This document shows, one piece after another, positions 19,601 through 29,015 of a stretch of 64,000 nt of DNA (the first letter of the stretch is position 1; every line of letters starts with the position of its first letter). The position numbers and the translations under genes are program-made. Below the pieces are notes generated by a model that ran no database searches, was not told the origin of the DNA, and saw only the letters and a list, made by a program, of their open reading frames with translations. Origin of the DNA: Candidatus Krumholzibacteriia bacterium (GTDB lineage: Bacteria > Krumholzibacteriota > Krumholzibacteriia > JAJRXK01); the NCBI GenBank assembly GCA_041484665.1, contig JBGPIA010000010.1:96001-160000 (forward strand), given 5' to 3'.

Positions 19601-19649
19601 TGCCGCGCAGCCGGCCGAAGCCGCGAATGTCCAGACGCTTCAGACGCAC
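16611..19649 (-). CDS. SMC/Rad50-like ATPase (YhaN/SbcC-like) with central TM hairpin
   Basis: Walker A RNETGKST, long coiled coil, signature LSAG, Walker B LLLDDPF, two central hydrophobic helices. Confidence 0.9.
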   Translation of the reverse strand: MRLKRLDIRGFGRLRGSFPLDADSGNVALLLERNETGKSTLSAAILASLYGMESDRRKARDRMVERDVYRPWEGGPYGLTLYLEKDGEELAIDRDLERETVRVLSGGSDITDRFRQGLRVAVGEGLLGLSREQFERSAFVAQGEVVWSGTEGLTEALQRIADTRAGDTTAAAAIAALEAALAGYEGLTLRGRGRVDTEIERCLKVLEETRTQFAALTQQRARMAAKIDGLARRKDEAASRELQRAALRHEKSRAERMRADDRLAQDDQRRQKVAALEAQLGDGAELLALGETSINVAEAAWTNVQGALRAARENDAEADDAAQRRNEASTRRDGLHLRRRPTEGDRDALQSARVRSFDAQRERQRFEGLLQSAVSDLQVQGFTLEQARSLAASFADLSDDDRLALASRTRDELQLRQQQEEREEEIDRLRYARAEIRRGQQSRKHFGIWLMLVGMLPVLVGLSMHVILPFSPLLLHAPGVLVILVGMGVYASGTRYRKREDAQARVQLERLGEILERLLGDTQQRAQAWADLAGRLGCLQPELEDHYRRLRAVVEPALHHIEGLQARLDELAAMEHEALQSCARAWTLFEDEPAADLLAERVELVKQATEVWAEADRAGTAADTARWRADESKRRLAERQREAREALATCGVRLADAEPLEGGVRRLKERVVLAQRLEQLRDVTLPEQRASVLAPAERGRLEQRVREIDADLSRMEAETLGLRALLAGGGGATASRLEGGSGAGPSGAAGGVARAAFAGASGADAASRLPRAPRPPRPIEQIDADLEALAASERAEQQAGETDRAEARAFLAKYEAEAPRLMESIAQHEAALQRAEQFREAVVLARDTLARIAKETHRDWASALNRTTQEMLAGLGSEVRELRFDEHLGIQLRQGQQVMTGSQAAQQLSAGALDGVYLAARLGVSRLLSGGLGSLPLLLDDPFSNADDVRLVAGLRLLLDAIAPRQQVVLMACQEARYKWARAQLQDAQRLVVLRVGVGADADASAEGGGDA

Positions 19650-19660
19650 GCCACCGCTCC

Positions 19661-20872
19661 CTACTCCTCGTAGCGGGCGTCGACGCGCCCGCGGGTCAAC
19701 ACGTCCAACCCGTAGAGCAACGCCCGGCGCGCGGTCCGTCCGGCCTCGCCCTGTGTGGCGACCGCCTCGCGCAGGTGCGCCACGAAGCGCTGCTCGGTGG
19801 TGATCGCCTGCTCCAGCGGCGGGTAGCTCTCCAGGTCGACGTCGGGCTGCAGCGCGGACAGGTCCACTCTCAGGTGCCCCCCGCTGCTGCCGAACTCGTC
19901 GGCCAGCGCGCGCACCGCGGCCAACTCCAGCCCGGGCGCGCGGCGGCCGGTCACCTCCAGCAAGACCAGGTCCTGCGGGCCGGCGCCCACCTCGGCCAGC
20001 GCACGCTGGGCGCGCTCGCGGGCTTGCTCGGCGAAGCGGCAGCCGGTGAGGTCGCAGCGCGCCGCTCGCACCTCACGCCGGTCGAGCGCCACATGCTCCA
20101 CCAACGCCGGGCCGTCGCCGATCGTCACCACCAGGCAGCCCTTGTGCCCCGTCTCGTCCAGCCCACCCGCGAGCAGGCATCCCGCATAGGCGCCCACGGG
20201 CTGACCCATCTCGTCGTCGAGCACCTGGAAGCCGTGGTAGTGGCCTACCGCCGTCCAGGAGAAGCCCTGCTCGAGGACCTCCTCGTGCGTGAACGGATGG
20301 GTCGCCTTGTGTGGCTGCAGCCAGCCGCCGTCGTCGCGGCTGCCGTGGAACAGCAGGACCGACAACCGCGCGGGAGGGCGCCGGATGAGGCTCGACAGTC
20401 GCCGCTCGCCGGAGGCAACGTTGGCCGCGACGCCGCAGCCGGTGACGGTCACGTCCGGCCGCCCGGGCCACGCCACGGTGCGGAACTCCTCGTGGGCGAA
20501 CAGTACGACGTTGTCCGGCCAGCTCAGGCCGCGTGTGGCTCCACGCGCGGTAGGGTTGTACGGGGAGGCGCCGCCGTAGGGATCGTGGTTGCCCGGCGCC
20601 AGGAACACCGGCTTGGGTGCGATGCGAGCGAAGGCGTCCAGCACGAAGGCTAAGGTGTCGGTGGTGACGGCCTCGTCGTCGAAGAGATCGCCGGGCAGCA
20701 GCACGCCGTCGAGGTCGCGCTCCACGACAAGCGCCATTGCCCGCGTGAAGGCGTCGCGGCGCTCCTCCTCGCGGCGGCGCGCTGCCTCCTCGGAGAGCCC
20801 CAGGCGCCCGCCGGTCAGGCGCGCGCCGAAGTGGATGTCGGAGAGCTGCAGTAAGCGCAGGGGGCCGGTCAT
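19661..20872 (-). CDS. Mre11/SbcD/YhaO-like metallophosphoesterase nuclease
   Basis: SDIH, GDLFD, GNHD, FHG, GHYH motifs. Confidence 0.92.
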   Translation of the reverse strand: MTGPLRLLQLSDIHFGARLTGGRLGLSEEAARRREEERRDAFTRAMALVVERDLDGVLLPGDLFDDEAVTTDTLAFVLDAFARIAPKPVFLAPGNHDPYGGASPYNPTARGATRGLSWPDNVVLFAHEEFRTVAWPGRPDVTVTGCGVAANVASGERRLSSLIRRPPARLSVLLFHGSRDDGGWLQPHKATHPFTHEEVLEQGFSWTAVGHYHGFQVLDDEMGQPVGAYAGCLLAGGLDETGHKGCLVVTIGDGPALVEHVALDRREVRAARCDLTGCRFAEQARERAQRALAEVGAGPQDLVLLEVTGRRAPGLELAAVRALADEFGSSGGHLRVDLSALQPDVDLESYPPLEQAITTEQRFVAHLREAVATQGEAGRTARRALLYGLDVLTRGRVDARYEE

Positions 20873-20879
20873 GGCGGTG

Positions 20880-20885
20880 ATGATA
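20880..20885 (-). promoter_or_regulatory. -10 element 7 nt before ATG, probable leaderless transcript
   Basis: TATCAT-caccgcc-ATG; no Shine-Dalgarno sequence. Confidence 0.5.
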
Positions 20886-21043
20886 GCCCACGAAGGCGCT
20901 GCGTCCTAGCCCACGGAATGCGCCATGCGGGGACAGTGCGCAGGCCCTGCGTGGGCCGTGCGCAGGCCGTGCGCAGGCGGCGCGCGGGTCGGCGAGCGAA
21001 GCGCCCGGAACGCGCGACGGGTGAGCCCGCGTTTGCGGCGCCC

Positions 21044-21078
21044 CAAAGCAAACCGGCGACCCTGTAGGCCGCCGGTCA
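21044..21078 (-). terminator. putative intrinsic terminator
   Basis: GACCGGCGGCC-TACA-GGGTCGCCGGTT followed by TGCTTT. Confidence 0.55.
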
Positions 21079-21180
21079 GCAAGGGGCTTCCATCTTCCCC
21101 TCTTGGATCGGGAGGCTTGCTCGGAATGCGGCGTCCACAGACAGCCTGGCGCCCATCCCGCTTGGAGTGCAACCTCCGTC
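21044..21180 (-). ncRNA. candidate structured small RNA, ~135 nt, family not recognised
   Basis: Lies between a good promoter and a terminator-like hairpin; nested stems GGAGG-TTGC/GCAA-CCTCC, CGGGATG/CATTCCG, GGCG/CGCC; hairpin AGGGG/CCCCT. Confidence 0.55.
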
Positions 21181-21185
21181 GATTG

Positions 21186-21215
21186 AAGCTAGCAACGCGG
21201 CGGAGATCTGGTCAA
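21186..21215 (-). promoter_or_regulatory. putative sigma70-type promoter
   Basis: TTGACC-N18-TAGCTT with a TG extended -10 and an A-tract upstream. Confidence 0.6.
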
Positions 21216-21340
21216 CCCCTGGATGCGCGCCTGGAACATTTTTTGGATGCGGTCATCGAGCGCTGGGGAGGCGGCCGCCGGAACGCGTCGCGGCGGCACG
21301 TCTTCGCCGCCGCCGGGGCGCGCTGCGGCGTACGTTGCGC

Positions 21341-23614
21341 TCAGAACCGCAGCGCGTAGCTGAGCTTGAGGGTGGCCTCGCCGCGGCGCAACGCGTAGTT
21401 CCCGGTGGCATCGTTGCGGACGTCGGTGAGCACGAGGTAGACGTCGCTCTCGTCCCCGAAGATGTAGTGGGCCCTTAGTTGCGACAGCACCAGGTCCTCA
21501 TCGCTGTTGAGCTGCGTGAACAGGTCGAAGGAGAGCTCGTTCGTCGCGTCCACGCCGACCCGCAAGCGCAGGACGTCGGCGTCGAATCTCAGCTCGCGGC
21601 CGAGAGCGGAGTCGTCGCGGCGGATGCGGTCGCTCTGTACCTCGGCGGAAACGGCCAGGTGGGGGGCCCAGCGCGCGGTCAGCTCGCCCGCAGCGCTCGT
21701 GAGCTTGCCGTCGTACTCGTCCCCCAGGACCAGCTCGGCGTGCGCGGAGAGCGCCTTGCTGCGATCGGACGTGAGCTCCGCGCCGAGCTGGTCGAAGGTG
21801 AAGGCTCCCGCCGGGAACACCACGTCCCCGCCGACCTCGAACGGCTCGAAGAGCCGCTCGAAGTTGCGGGTGTAGTACACGGCCAGCTCCTCGTCGCCGC
21901 TGCCGAACAGCGTGGTCTGGGCCTGGAGGTTGGTGCTCTCCTTCACCCCGTCGCGGCGGGCGACGTGCTCGGCGTAGACGAAGTTCTCCAGCCGGCGCAG
22001 CCAGCCGGCGTTGGGCTCGGGCGTCCAGCCCAGCTCCAGGGCCGCGGTCGTGATATCGTTGCGCGGCAGGAATCCCGCCCGCGGGTGGTAGTCGCGCCCG
22101 TAGACCTCATAGAGGGTGGTCATGTTGAACAAGGGATGCGACCAGCGCCAGCGCGTGCCCCACGTCCCGTGGTCGGGACCATCCTGCGGCTCGTGGCTGA
22201 AGGCGGCGTACCCCGATAGATCGAGCTGCTCCGCCGGGCGGAAATCGGTATCCAGACCGAAGACCCGGTTGAAGTCCCCGCCGTCCTCCCCCTGGCGGCT
22301 GACCGCGATCGCTCCGATGCGTGAGCGGGTGCCGAAGTCCTGGCTGATGCGCGCTACGTCGAAGCGGTGGCGCGGCACATCGCCGCTCGCGTCGGTCTGG
22401 ATGTCCAGGAGCCCCACGTCCGTGCGGCCGAACTTCCCCGTCAGCCGCGTGCCGTACTCGATGGGGATCGTGAGCGCCGAGAGCCCGCCCTCGCCCGCGA
22501 CCGCCTCCAGACCGATGCGGCGGCTGAACAAGGCCAGGTTCGCCGGCGAGCCGAACTGGAAGAAATCGCGCTTCTCCAGGAAGAACTCGCGTTTCTCCGG
22601 ATAGAACAGCGGGAAGCGCGTGAGGTTGACCACCTGGTCGTCCACCTCGACCTGGGCGAAGTCGGTGTTGACCGTCACGTCCAGCTCGGCGCTGCTGGTC
22701 AGTCCCAGCTTGAGGTCGTAGCCCACCTCGCCGTGGCCCTTCCATCTCTCGCGGTCGAAGGCCGCCGGATCGAGGGCGCTGCCGCGTTCGAGGCGGCCCA
22801 GGGCGTAGGGGCGCGCCACGATGTTGCTGCCCGGCGAGATCCCGCTGAGCCCCTGCAGGTGCCCCGCGTCGGCCACCCGGAACAAGTTGAACTGGCGGTC
22901 GATGGGACTCCACTGACTCTGCTCGTTCACCGCGCGCAGCTGCCGCTCGAAGTTGATCCCCATGGTGATGTGCTCGCGCACGGGAAAACGCAGCGTTCGC
23001 CAGGGCAGCTCGATCTCGCCCTGCCAGCCCGTGTCGGTGATGCGCACGGCGGCCGCCCACAGGCCATCCCAGTCGGTGTTGAGCAAGCGGCCTTCGTTGC
23101 GGAACTGGGCGTCGTAGCGCACGCCGTTGGGATTCACCTGGAAGAAGTACCCGTTCTGGAGGTCATCGAAGGTGTCCAGGGCGATGGCCAGGTAGTCGTC
23201 GTCCCACAGGGCCGTGTCGCGCCCCAGGACCTGGTGCACGATGCGGCGCGGGTCGCTCTGTGCGCAGACGAAGCCCAGATAGAGGGCATCGGCCGTATAC
23301 AACACCCGCACGTCGGTGGCCTGGCTGGCGGGCTGGCCGGTGGCCGGGCGCTGCTGGAGGAATCCGGTGGCGACGGCGGCAGTCTGCCAAACGGCCTCGT
23401 CGAGGAGGCCGTCGAGGTGCGGGGCCGTCTCGGCGCGGGGCGGGGAGAGCGCGCGGCGTCCGTCGGCGGACGGGGCCGGCGTCTGCGCGCCGCGCGGCGT
23501 CTGCGCGCCTGGGGGCTGCTGCGCGCCGGCGAGCGTCTGGGCGCGCGCGACCGCACCGGCGGCCAGCGCAAGCAGTCCGCACAGGAGGGCACGGCGGGCA
23601 GGTGCTGGGCGCAT
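21341..23614 (-). CDS. CBM9-like/DUF5916-type outer-membrane protein
   Basis: Signal peptide, PHLDGLLDEAVW, VNTDFAQVEVD..NLTRFPLFYPEKREFFLE, C-terminal Phe. Confidence 0.88.
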   Translation of the reverse strand: MRPAPARRALLCGLLALAAGAVARAQTLAGAQQPPGAQTPRGAQTPAPSADGRRALSPPRAETAPHLDGLLDEAVWQTAAVATGFLQQRPATGQPASQATDVRVLYTADALYLGFVCAQSDPRRIVHQVLGRDTALWDDDYLAIALDTFDDLQNGYFFQVNPNGVRYDAQFRNEGRLLNTDWDGLWAAAVRITDTGWQGEIELPWRTLRFPVREHITMGINFERQLRAVNEQSQWSPIDRQFNLFRVADAGHLQGLSGISPGSNIVARPYALGRLERGSALDPAAFDRERWKGHGEVGYDLKLGLTSSAELDVTVNTDFAQVEVDDQVVNLTRFPLFYPEKREFFLEKRDFFQFGSPANLALFSRRIGLEAVAGEGGLSALTIPIEYGTRLTGKFGRTDVGLLDIQTDASGDVPRHRFDVARISQDFGTRSRIGAIAVSRQGEDGGDFNRVFGLDTDFRPAEQLDLSGYAAFSHEPQDGPDHGTWGTRWRWSHPLFNMTTLYEVYGRDYHPRAGFLPRNDITTAALELGWTPEPNAGWLRRLENFVYAEHVARRDGVKESTNLQAQTTLFGSGDEELAVYYTRNFERLFEPFEVGGDVVFPAGAFTFDQLGAELTSDRSKALSAHAELVLGDEYDGKLTSAAGELTARWAPHLAVSAEVQSDRIRRDDSALGRELRFDADVLRLRVGVDATNELSFDLFTQLNSDEDLVLSQLRAHYIFGDESDVYLVLTDVRNDATGNYALRRGEATLKLSYALRF

Positions 23615-23828
23615 CGACCGTTGAGAAGGCTGCGGGGTAGGCCGGTCTATGCGCGCGAGGGGACGCGGGTGTGGGGAATCGTAGCCGATGTCCGGCGGGC
23701 TGGAAAGCGAAACGCTGTCGCGCGCGGCGTCCGGGACGCCGCCGGCCGGACACCAGCGTCAGCGTCAGCGTGATGGGGATGTTGCTGCCCGACCGCTTCT
23801 CGCGCGCGGATCATTCCGAGAAGCGGGC

Positions 23829-26060
23829 TCACGCCAGCCGCACGGGCAACCTGCGCACCCGCTTTCCCGTCGCCGCGAAGATCGCGCTGCACAAGGCCGG
23901 CGCCACCGGCGGCACGCCCGGCTCGCCGATGCCTCCGATCGCGTCGTTGCTGGGCACGATGTGCACCTCGACCTGAGGCATCTCATCGAACGTGAGCAGC
24001 TCGTAGCCGTCGAAGCTCCCCTGCTCGACGCGCCCCTTCTGCACGGTGATCTCCCCCTTCAGCGCGGCGCTGAGACCAAAGGCCACGGCTCCCTGCAGCT
24101 GCGCCTCGACGATGTCGGGGTTGACCACCGGACCGCAGTCCACCGCGCAGACGACCTTGTGCACCCGGACCCGCCCACGATCGTCCACGGACGCCTCGAT
24201 CACGTGGGCCACGAAGCTGCCAAAACTCCCGTGGCTCGCGATGCCGCGCCCGCGGCCCTTGGGCAGGGGCGATCCCCATCCCGCCTTCTGCGCCGCCAGC
24301 TCCAGCGCGCGGCGCAGGCGCGAGTCCTTGGGCAGGAGCTTGCGGCGCAGCTCGCAGGGGTCGGCTCCGGTGGCGGCGGCGACCTCGTCGAGGAACGCCT
24401 CGTTGGCAAAGCCGTTCTGCGAGTTGTACACCGAGCGCCACCAGCCCAAGGGCACGGGGGTCTGTGCGACGACGCCCTCGACCAGCACGTTGGGGATGTC
24501 GTAGGCCAGCTCCACCGCCCCGTCGACGAGATCGGGTGGGGACTGTGGATCGCCGCCGCCGGAAACCTGGCGCTCGATGGACGGTCCCACCACGCGATGC
24601 GTCCATGCGATGACTTTGCCGCCGCCGTCGATTCCCGCGGCCAGCTTGTGCAGGCTCGTCGGACGATAGAAGTCGTGGCGCATGTCGTCCTCGCGCGTCC
24701 AGACGACCTTCACCGGTGCGCCGGCGGCCTTCGACACGCGCGCCGCCTCGACGGCGTAGTCGGCCATCAGGCGGCGCCCGAAGCCGCCGCCCAGGAGCGT
24801 GATGTGTACCGTGACCTTCTCCAGCGCGATCCCCAGCGCCTGCGCGACGGCACCCTGCACGCGCTGTGGAACCTGCGTCGGCGCCCAGATCTCCACGCCG
24901 TCGTCGCGCACGTAGGCGAGGCAGTTCTGCGGCTCCATGGGCGCGTGGGCGAGAAACGGCACTTCGTACACCGCCTCGACCCGTTTGGCAGCGCGCGCGA
25001 GGGCAGCCGCGGCGTCGCCCTCATGGCGGGCGACCACGCCGGTCTCGCGGCTCTTCTCCTGCAGCAGGCGGGAGATGGCGGCGCTGTCCAGCGCCGCGTT
25101 GGGCCCTTCATCCCAGACTACCGACAACGCGTCGCGCCCTTTCATGGCGGCCCAGGTCGAGTCGGCGACCACCGCGACGCCGCTCTCCACCTCGACCACA
25201 GCGCTCACACCGGCGACCTTCTGCGCCAAGCTCGCATCGAAGCTCTTCAGTTTGCCGCCGATGACGGGGCAACGCTCCACCATCGCGATGAGCATTCCGG
25301 GGACCTTCACGTCGAAACCGTACTGGGCGCTGCCGTTGACCTTGCTCGGTGTGTCAAGGCGCGGCAGCCGCTGCCCCACGATGCGGAATTGCTTGGGGTC
25401 TTTGAGCGGCACGTGCTCGGGAACCGCCTGCTTGGCGGCGGTCTCGGCCAGCTGGCCGTAGGTGAGTCGGCGGCCGCTCGCGGCGTGGACCACCGTGCCG
25501 TTCTCGGCGCGGCAGGCCCGGCGGTCGACTCCCCAGGTCTGCGCGGCGGCGCTCACCAGCATCTCGCGCGCCACGGCGCCGGCCTGGCGCAGCCGCTCCC
25601 ACGAGCCGCGCACGCTGGAGCTGCCGCCGGTGGTCATGTTGCCGTAGGTCTCGCCGGAGCCGGTGCCGGCCACGGTTGCAGGCTCGGCGCGCAGTTGCGA
25701 CCAGTCGGCCTCGAGCTCCTCGGCAACGATCATCGGCAGCGCGGTGCGCACACCCTGCCCCATCTCGGACTTGGCGACGGTGACCGTCACTGTGCCGTCG
25801 GTGGCGATGCGCAGCCAGGCGTTGGGAACGAACGCCGCATCGGCGGCCGCGCCCGCACCGGCCTCTGTCCCGTTCGCGGCGGTGGTGCCCGCGGTGGCGG
25901 CCAGCAGCTCGTCGCGCAGCGGCAGGTGCAGCGCCAGGACCAGCCCGCCACCGGCCACTGAGGCCACCTTGATGAAGTCGCGCCGGCTGAGGGTGTGAGC
26001 GGACTGTGCAGCGCGTGCGTCGTTCGCGGAATCGTCCGTGCGGGAGGTGATCTCGCTCAC
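23829..26060 (-). CDS. xanthine dehydrogenase-family molybdopterin subunit (isoquinoline 1-oxidoreductase beta-like), Tat signal
   Basis: [48 protein letters not shown] overlap with the upstream gene. Confidence 0.93.
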   Translation of the reverse strand: MSEITSRTDDSANDARAAQSAHTLSRRDFIKVASVAGGGLVLALHLPLRDELLAATAGTTAANGTEAGAGAAADAAFVPNAWLRIATDGTVTVTVAKSEMGQGVRTALPMIVAEELEADWSQLRAEPATVAGTGSGETYGNMTTGGSSSVRGSWERLRQAGAVAREMLVSAAAQTWGVDRRACRAENGTVVHAASGRRLTYGQLAETAAKQAVPEHVPLKDPKQFRIVGQRLPRLDTPSKVNGSAQYGFDVKVPGMLIAMVERCPVIGGKLKSFDASLAQKVAGVSAVVEVESGVAVVADSTWAAMKGRDALSVVWDEGPNAALDSAAISRLLQEKSRETGVVARHEGDAAAALARAAKRVEAVYEVPFLAHAPMEPQNCLAYVRDDGVEIWAPTQVPQRVQGAVAQALGIALEKVTVHITLLGGGFGRRLMADYAVEAARVSKAAGAPVKVVWTREDDMRHDFYRPTSLHKLAAGIDGGGKVIAWTHRVVGPSIERQVSGGGDPQSPPDLVDGAVELAYDIPNVLVEGVVAQTPVPLGWWRSVYNSQNGFANEAFLDEVAAATGADPCELRRKLLPKDSRLRRALELAAQKAGWGSPLPKGRGRGIASHGSFGSFVAHVIEASVDDRGRVRVHKVVCAVDCGPVVNPDIVEAQLQGAVAFGLSAALKGEITVQKGRVEQGSFDGYELLTFDEMPQVEVHIVPSNDAIGGIGEPGVPPVAPALCSAIFAATGKRVRRLPVRLA

Positions 26061-26524
26061 GACCGGCCTCCTTCCTCGATCACGCGGTGGATCGCACGGC
26101 GGATGCGCAGGTACGTGCCGCAGCGGCACAGCATGGTCGACATCACCGACTCGATCTCGGCGTCTGTAGCGCGGGGCTTCTCGGCGAGCAGCGCCGCCGC
26201 CTGCATGATCTGCCCCGGCTGGCAATAGCCGCACTGGGGAACCTCTTCGGCGATCCAGGCGCGCAGCACCGGATGCTGTGGCTGCGCCGCGAGACCCTCG
26301 ATGGTGATGACATGCGCGCCGGAGACCTCCTGGACGCTCGTGGTGCAGGAGCGGCGGGCCTGGCCGTCGACGTGGACGGTGCACGAGCCGCACAGCCCGC
26401 GCCCGCAGCCGAACTTCGTGCCGGTGAGCCCGAGCGTATCGCGCAGCACCCAGAGCAGAGGAGTGTCGGCGCTGACGTCCACGGCCTGGCGCTGGCCGTT
26501 GACCGTGAGACTGATGGGAGGCAT
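26057..26524 (-). CDS. (2Fe-2S)-binding small subunit (IorA/CoxS-like)
   Basis: [27 protein letters not shown]. Confidence 0.95.
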   Translation of the reverse strand: MPPISLTVNGQRQAVDVSADTPLLWVLRDTLGLTGTKFGCGRGLCGSCTVHVDGQARRSCTTSVQEVSGAHVITIEGLAAQPQHPVLRAWIAEEVPQCGYCQPGQIMQAAALLAEKPRATDAEIESVMSTMLCRCGTYLRIRRAIHRVIEEGGRS

Positions 26525-26933
26525 GCGTGCCCCCTCTCTTTCGATGTGTTGGGTCGGGGAGTGCTGCCGCAAGTATGACCCCCTCGAAGGCGGCGTCAAC
26601 GGGCGACGGGCCGCACCAGCCGAGATTGCACACCCATGTCACAAATCCGCAGCGGCCGGACACGTACGACACCGGCGCAGCGGCGTGACCGCCCGCCGCC
26701 CGGTGCGGGCTCGACAGCGCGCTCTGGCGGGGCGAAGATCTTCCGCGCGGGCGGTCCCGACGTGCGCGCGCCTTCGGGAGGGCCCTCCCCCATCGGGGAG
26801 ATCCGGCATTCCCCACCCCACTGCGGTGAAACCCGACGGCCCGGGCGTGCGTCCTCTCCCGTCACACGGACAGTCCAGCATGTCACGGTCGGCGTCAGGC
26901 GCCGGCGGTTCGCAACCCGAAGGAGGCAGCGCA

Positions 26934-28919
26934 ATGTCGATCGTACGCGTCTCGTCGCGGCGTAGAGTGACCCTGCGAGTGTTTGTGCTCGCCCTGGGCG
27001 CGCTGGCCGGCGCATGGGCCGGCTGGCGCTCCGCAGGTCCGGCGCCCAGCGCTGGCGCAACACCGGCGGACGCTCCGGCGGCCAAGCCGGCAACGCGCAC
27101 CGGGGCGGCGCTCGCCGCGGAGCCGGCGCCGGGATCCACTTCCGGTGCTGCCGCGCTCCTGGCCAAGACCAAGGACGCGGCAGGTGGGGCCGCCTGGGAC
27201 GCGGTGCGCACGAGCCATAGCCACACCCGCGTCGAGACCGGCGGCCTCAAGGGCACGGCCGATGGGTGGGATGACGTGCTCACCGGCCGCCACTGCGATA
27301 CCTACGCGCTGGGCCCCATCACGGGCGCCGAGGGCTGGGACGGCAAGGCGGGCTGGGAGAAGGACACCTCGGGACAGACCCGGCGCATGGAGGGTGGCGA
27401 CGAAGTCGAAGGCGGCGCGAACGAGGCGTATCGCCGCTGCCTCGGCGACTGGTACCCCGATCGCTGGCCCGCCACCATCGAGGACGGCGGCATGCACGAG
27501 CTCTCCGGTCACCGTTTCCAGGTGGTGAAGATCACGCCCAAGGGCGGCCGGCTCTTCGAGCTGTGGATCGACCCGGCCACGTGGCTGGTCGATCACATGG
27601 TCGAGAAGGCGGCGATCGAGACCCGTACCACCTACCTCTCGGACTACCGGACGGTGGAGGGCAAGCAGGTCGCGTTCGCGGTGCGCTCGACCAACGGCGA
27701 GACGAAGTACGATCAGGTCATCACCATCGACGAAATCGACTTCAACGCGCCGCTGGACGAGGCCAGGTTCCAGATGCCGGCGCCGCCGCCAGCCGACTTC
27801 GCGTTCGCCGCGGGCAAGACGTCCACTACGGTCCCCTTCGAGCTCATCAACAACCACATCTACGTGCAGGTGAAGCTCAACGGGCAGGGGCCGTTCACAT
27901 TCCTGTGCGATACCGGCGGGGCCAACGTCGTCACACCGACCCTCGCGGCGAAGCTGGGGGTCAAACCCGAAGGCGCGCTGCAGGGACGCGGCGTGGGCGA
28001 GAAATCCGAGGACGTGGGGCTGGTGAAGCTCGAGTCGCTCGGGGTCGGGGACATCACGCTGCAGCAGCAGCTCTTCGCGGTATTCCCGCTGGAGTCCTTC
28101 GCCGACGTGGAGGGGGTCCCCCAGTCGGGGCTCATCGGCTACGAGGTGTTCAAGCGCTTCGCGGTGCGCGTGGACTACGAGCATAGCCAGCTGACCCTGA
28201 CGCTGCCATCGGCGTTCTCCTACCAGGGCGCAGGCGTGGTGGTCCCCTTCCACTTCAACGACCACATCCCCCAGGTCGAGGGCAGCATCGACGGCATCTC
28301 CGGGAAGTTCGACATCGACACCGGCAGCCGAGCGTCGCTCTCGCTGCTCAAGCCGTTCGCCGAGAAGAACGACCTCAAGACCAAGCTGGGCGCGCGGTAC
28401 GAAGCGGTCACGGGCTGGGGTGTGGGCGGCGCCGCGCGCGGGCTGATCGTGCGTGGCCATGAGCTCCGCCTGGGCGGAGTGTCGGTCTCCTCGCCCGTGA
28501 CGGAGCTGAGCCAGCAGCAGAAGGGTGCGTTCGTCGACCCGTACGTAGCGGGCAACGTCGGCGCGGGTGTGCTCAAGCGCTTCAACATCGTGTTCGACTA
28601 CGAGGGCAAGCGCCTGATCTTCGAGCCCAACGCGAACAACGCGCAGCCCGACGTCTACGACCGCTCGGGCATGTGGATCAACCGCGCGGGCGCGTCGCTG
28701 AAGGTCGTCGACGTGACGGCCGGGGGTCCGGCGGAGGCGGCGGGCCTGAAGGCCGGCGATGCGATCGTCGCCGTCGAAGGCGCGCCGATCGCAGACACGT
28801 CGCTGCTGGCGCTGCGCAAGCGCTTCCGCAGCGAGGCCGTAGGCACCAAGATCCGGTTGGGCGTGGACTCCGGCGGAAAGAAGCGCGACGTGACGCTGGT
28901 GCTCAAGGACCTGGTCTGA
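26934..28919 (+). CDS. exported double retropepsin-like aspartyl protease with C-terminal PDZ domain
   Basis: Two catalytic motifs DTGG and DTGS; PDZ GPAEAAGLKAGDAIVAVEG; GGAGG RBS. Confidence 0.88.
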   Translation: MSIVRVSSRRRVTLRVFVLALGALAGAWAGWRSAGPAPSAGATPADAPAAKPATRTGAALAAEPAPGSTSGAAALLAKTKDAAGGAAWDAVRTSHSHTRVETGGLKGTADGWDDVLTGRHCDTYALGPITGAEGWDGKAGWEKDTSGQTRRMEGGDEVEGGANEAYRRCLGDWYPDRWPATIEDGGMHELSGHRFQVVKITPKGGRLFELWIDPATWLVDHMVEKAAIETRTTYLSDYRTVEGKQVAFAVRSTNGETKYDQVITIDEIDFNAPLDEARFQMPAPPPADFAFAAGKTSTTVPFELINNHIYVQVKLNGQGPFTFLCDTGGANVVTPTLAAKLGVKPEGALQGRGVGEKSEDVGLVKLESLGVGDITLQQQLFAVFPLESFADVEGVPQSGLIGYEVFKRFAVRVDYEHSQLTLTLPSAFSYQGAGVVVPFHFNDHIPQVEGSIDGISGKFDIDTGSRASLSLLKPFAEKNDLKTKLGARYEAVTGWGVGGAARGLIVRGHELRLGGVSVSSPVTELSQQQKGAFVDPYVAGNVGAGVLKRFNIVFDYEGKRLIFEPNANNAQPDVYDRSGMWINRAGASLKVVDVTAGGPAEAAGLKAGDAIVAVEGAPIADTSLLALRKRFRSEAVGTKIRLGVDSGGKKRDVTLVLKDLV

Positions 28920-29015
28920 GTCGAGCTGCAATCGGGCCGGCGCGTGCGTGACCGCCGGCCCAGCCCGCGTCTCGCAATCGCTTCCCCGGGGCCGGCCCCG
29001 CCGCCGGCCTCGATC

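Noticed and set aside
16527..19673. 1048-aa plus-strand ORF and many other long antisense or alternative-frame ORFs (e.g. 7646..9847, 23688..25961, 48414..50495)
   Set aside because: Shadow frames of real genes in high-GC DNA; no recognisable motifs
21040..21090. c-di-GMP-I riboswitch-like GCAAACC on the plus strand
   Set aside because: Lacks the GAAA tetraloop and the second conserved stem; better explained as the minus-strand terminator
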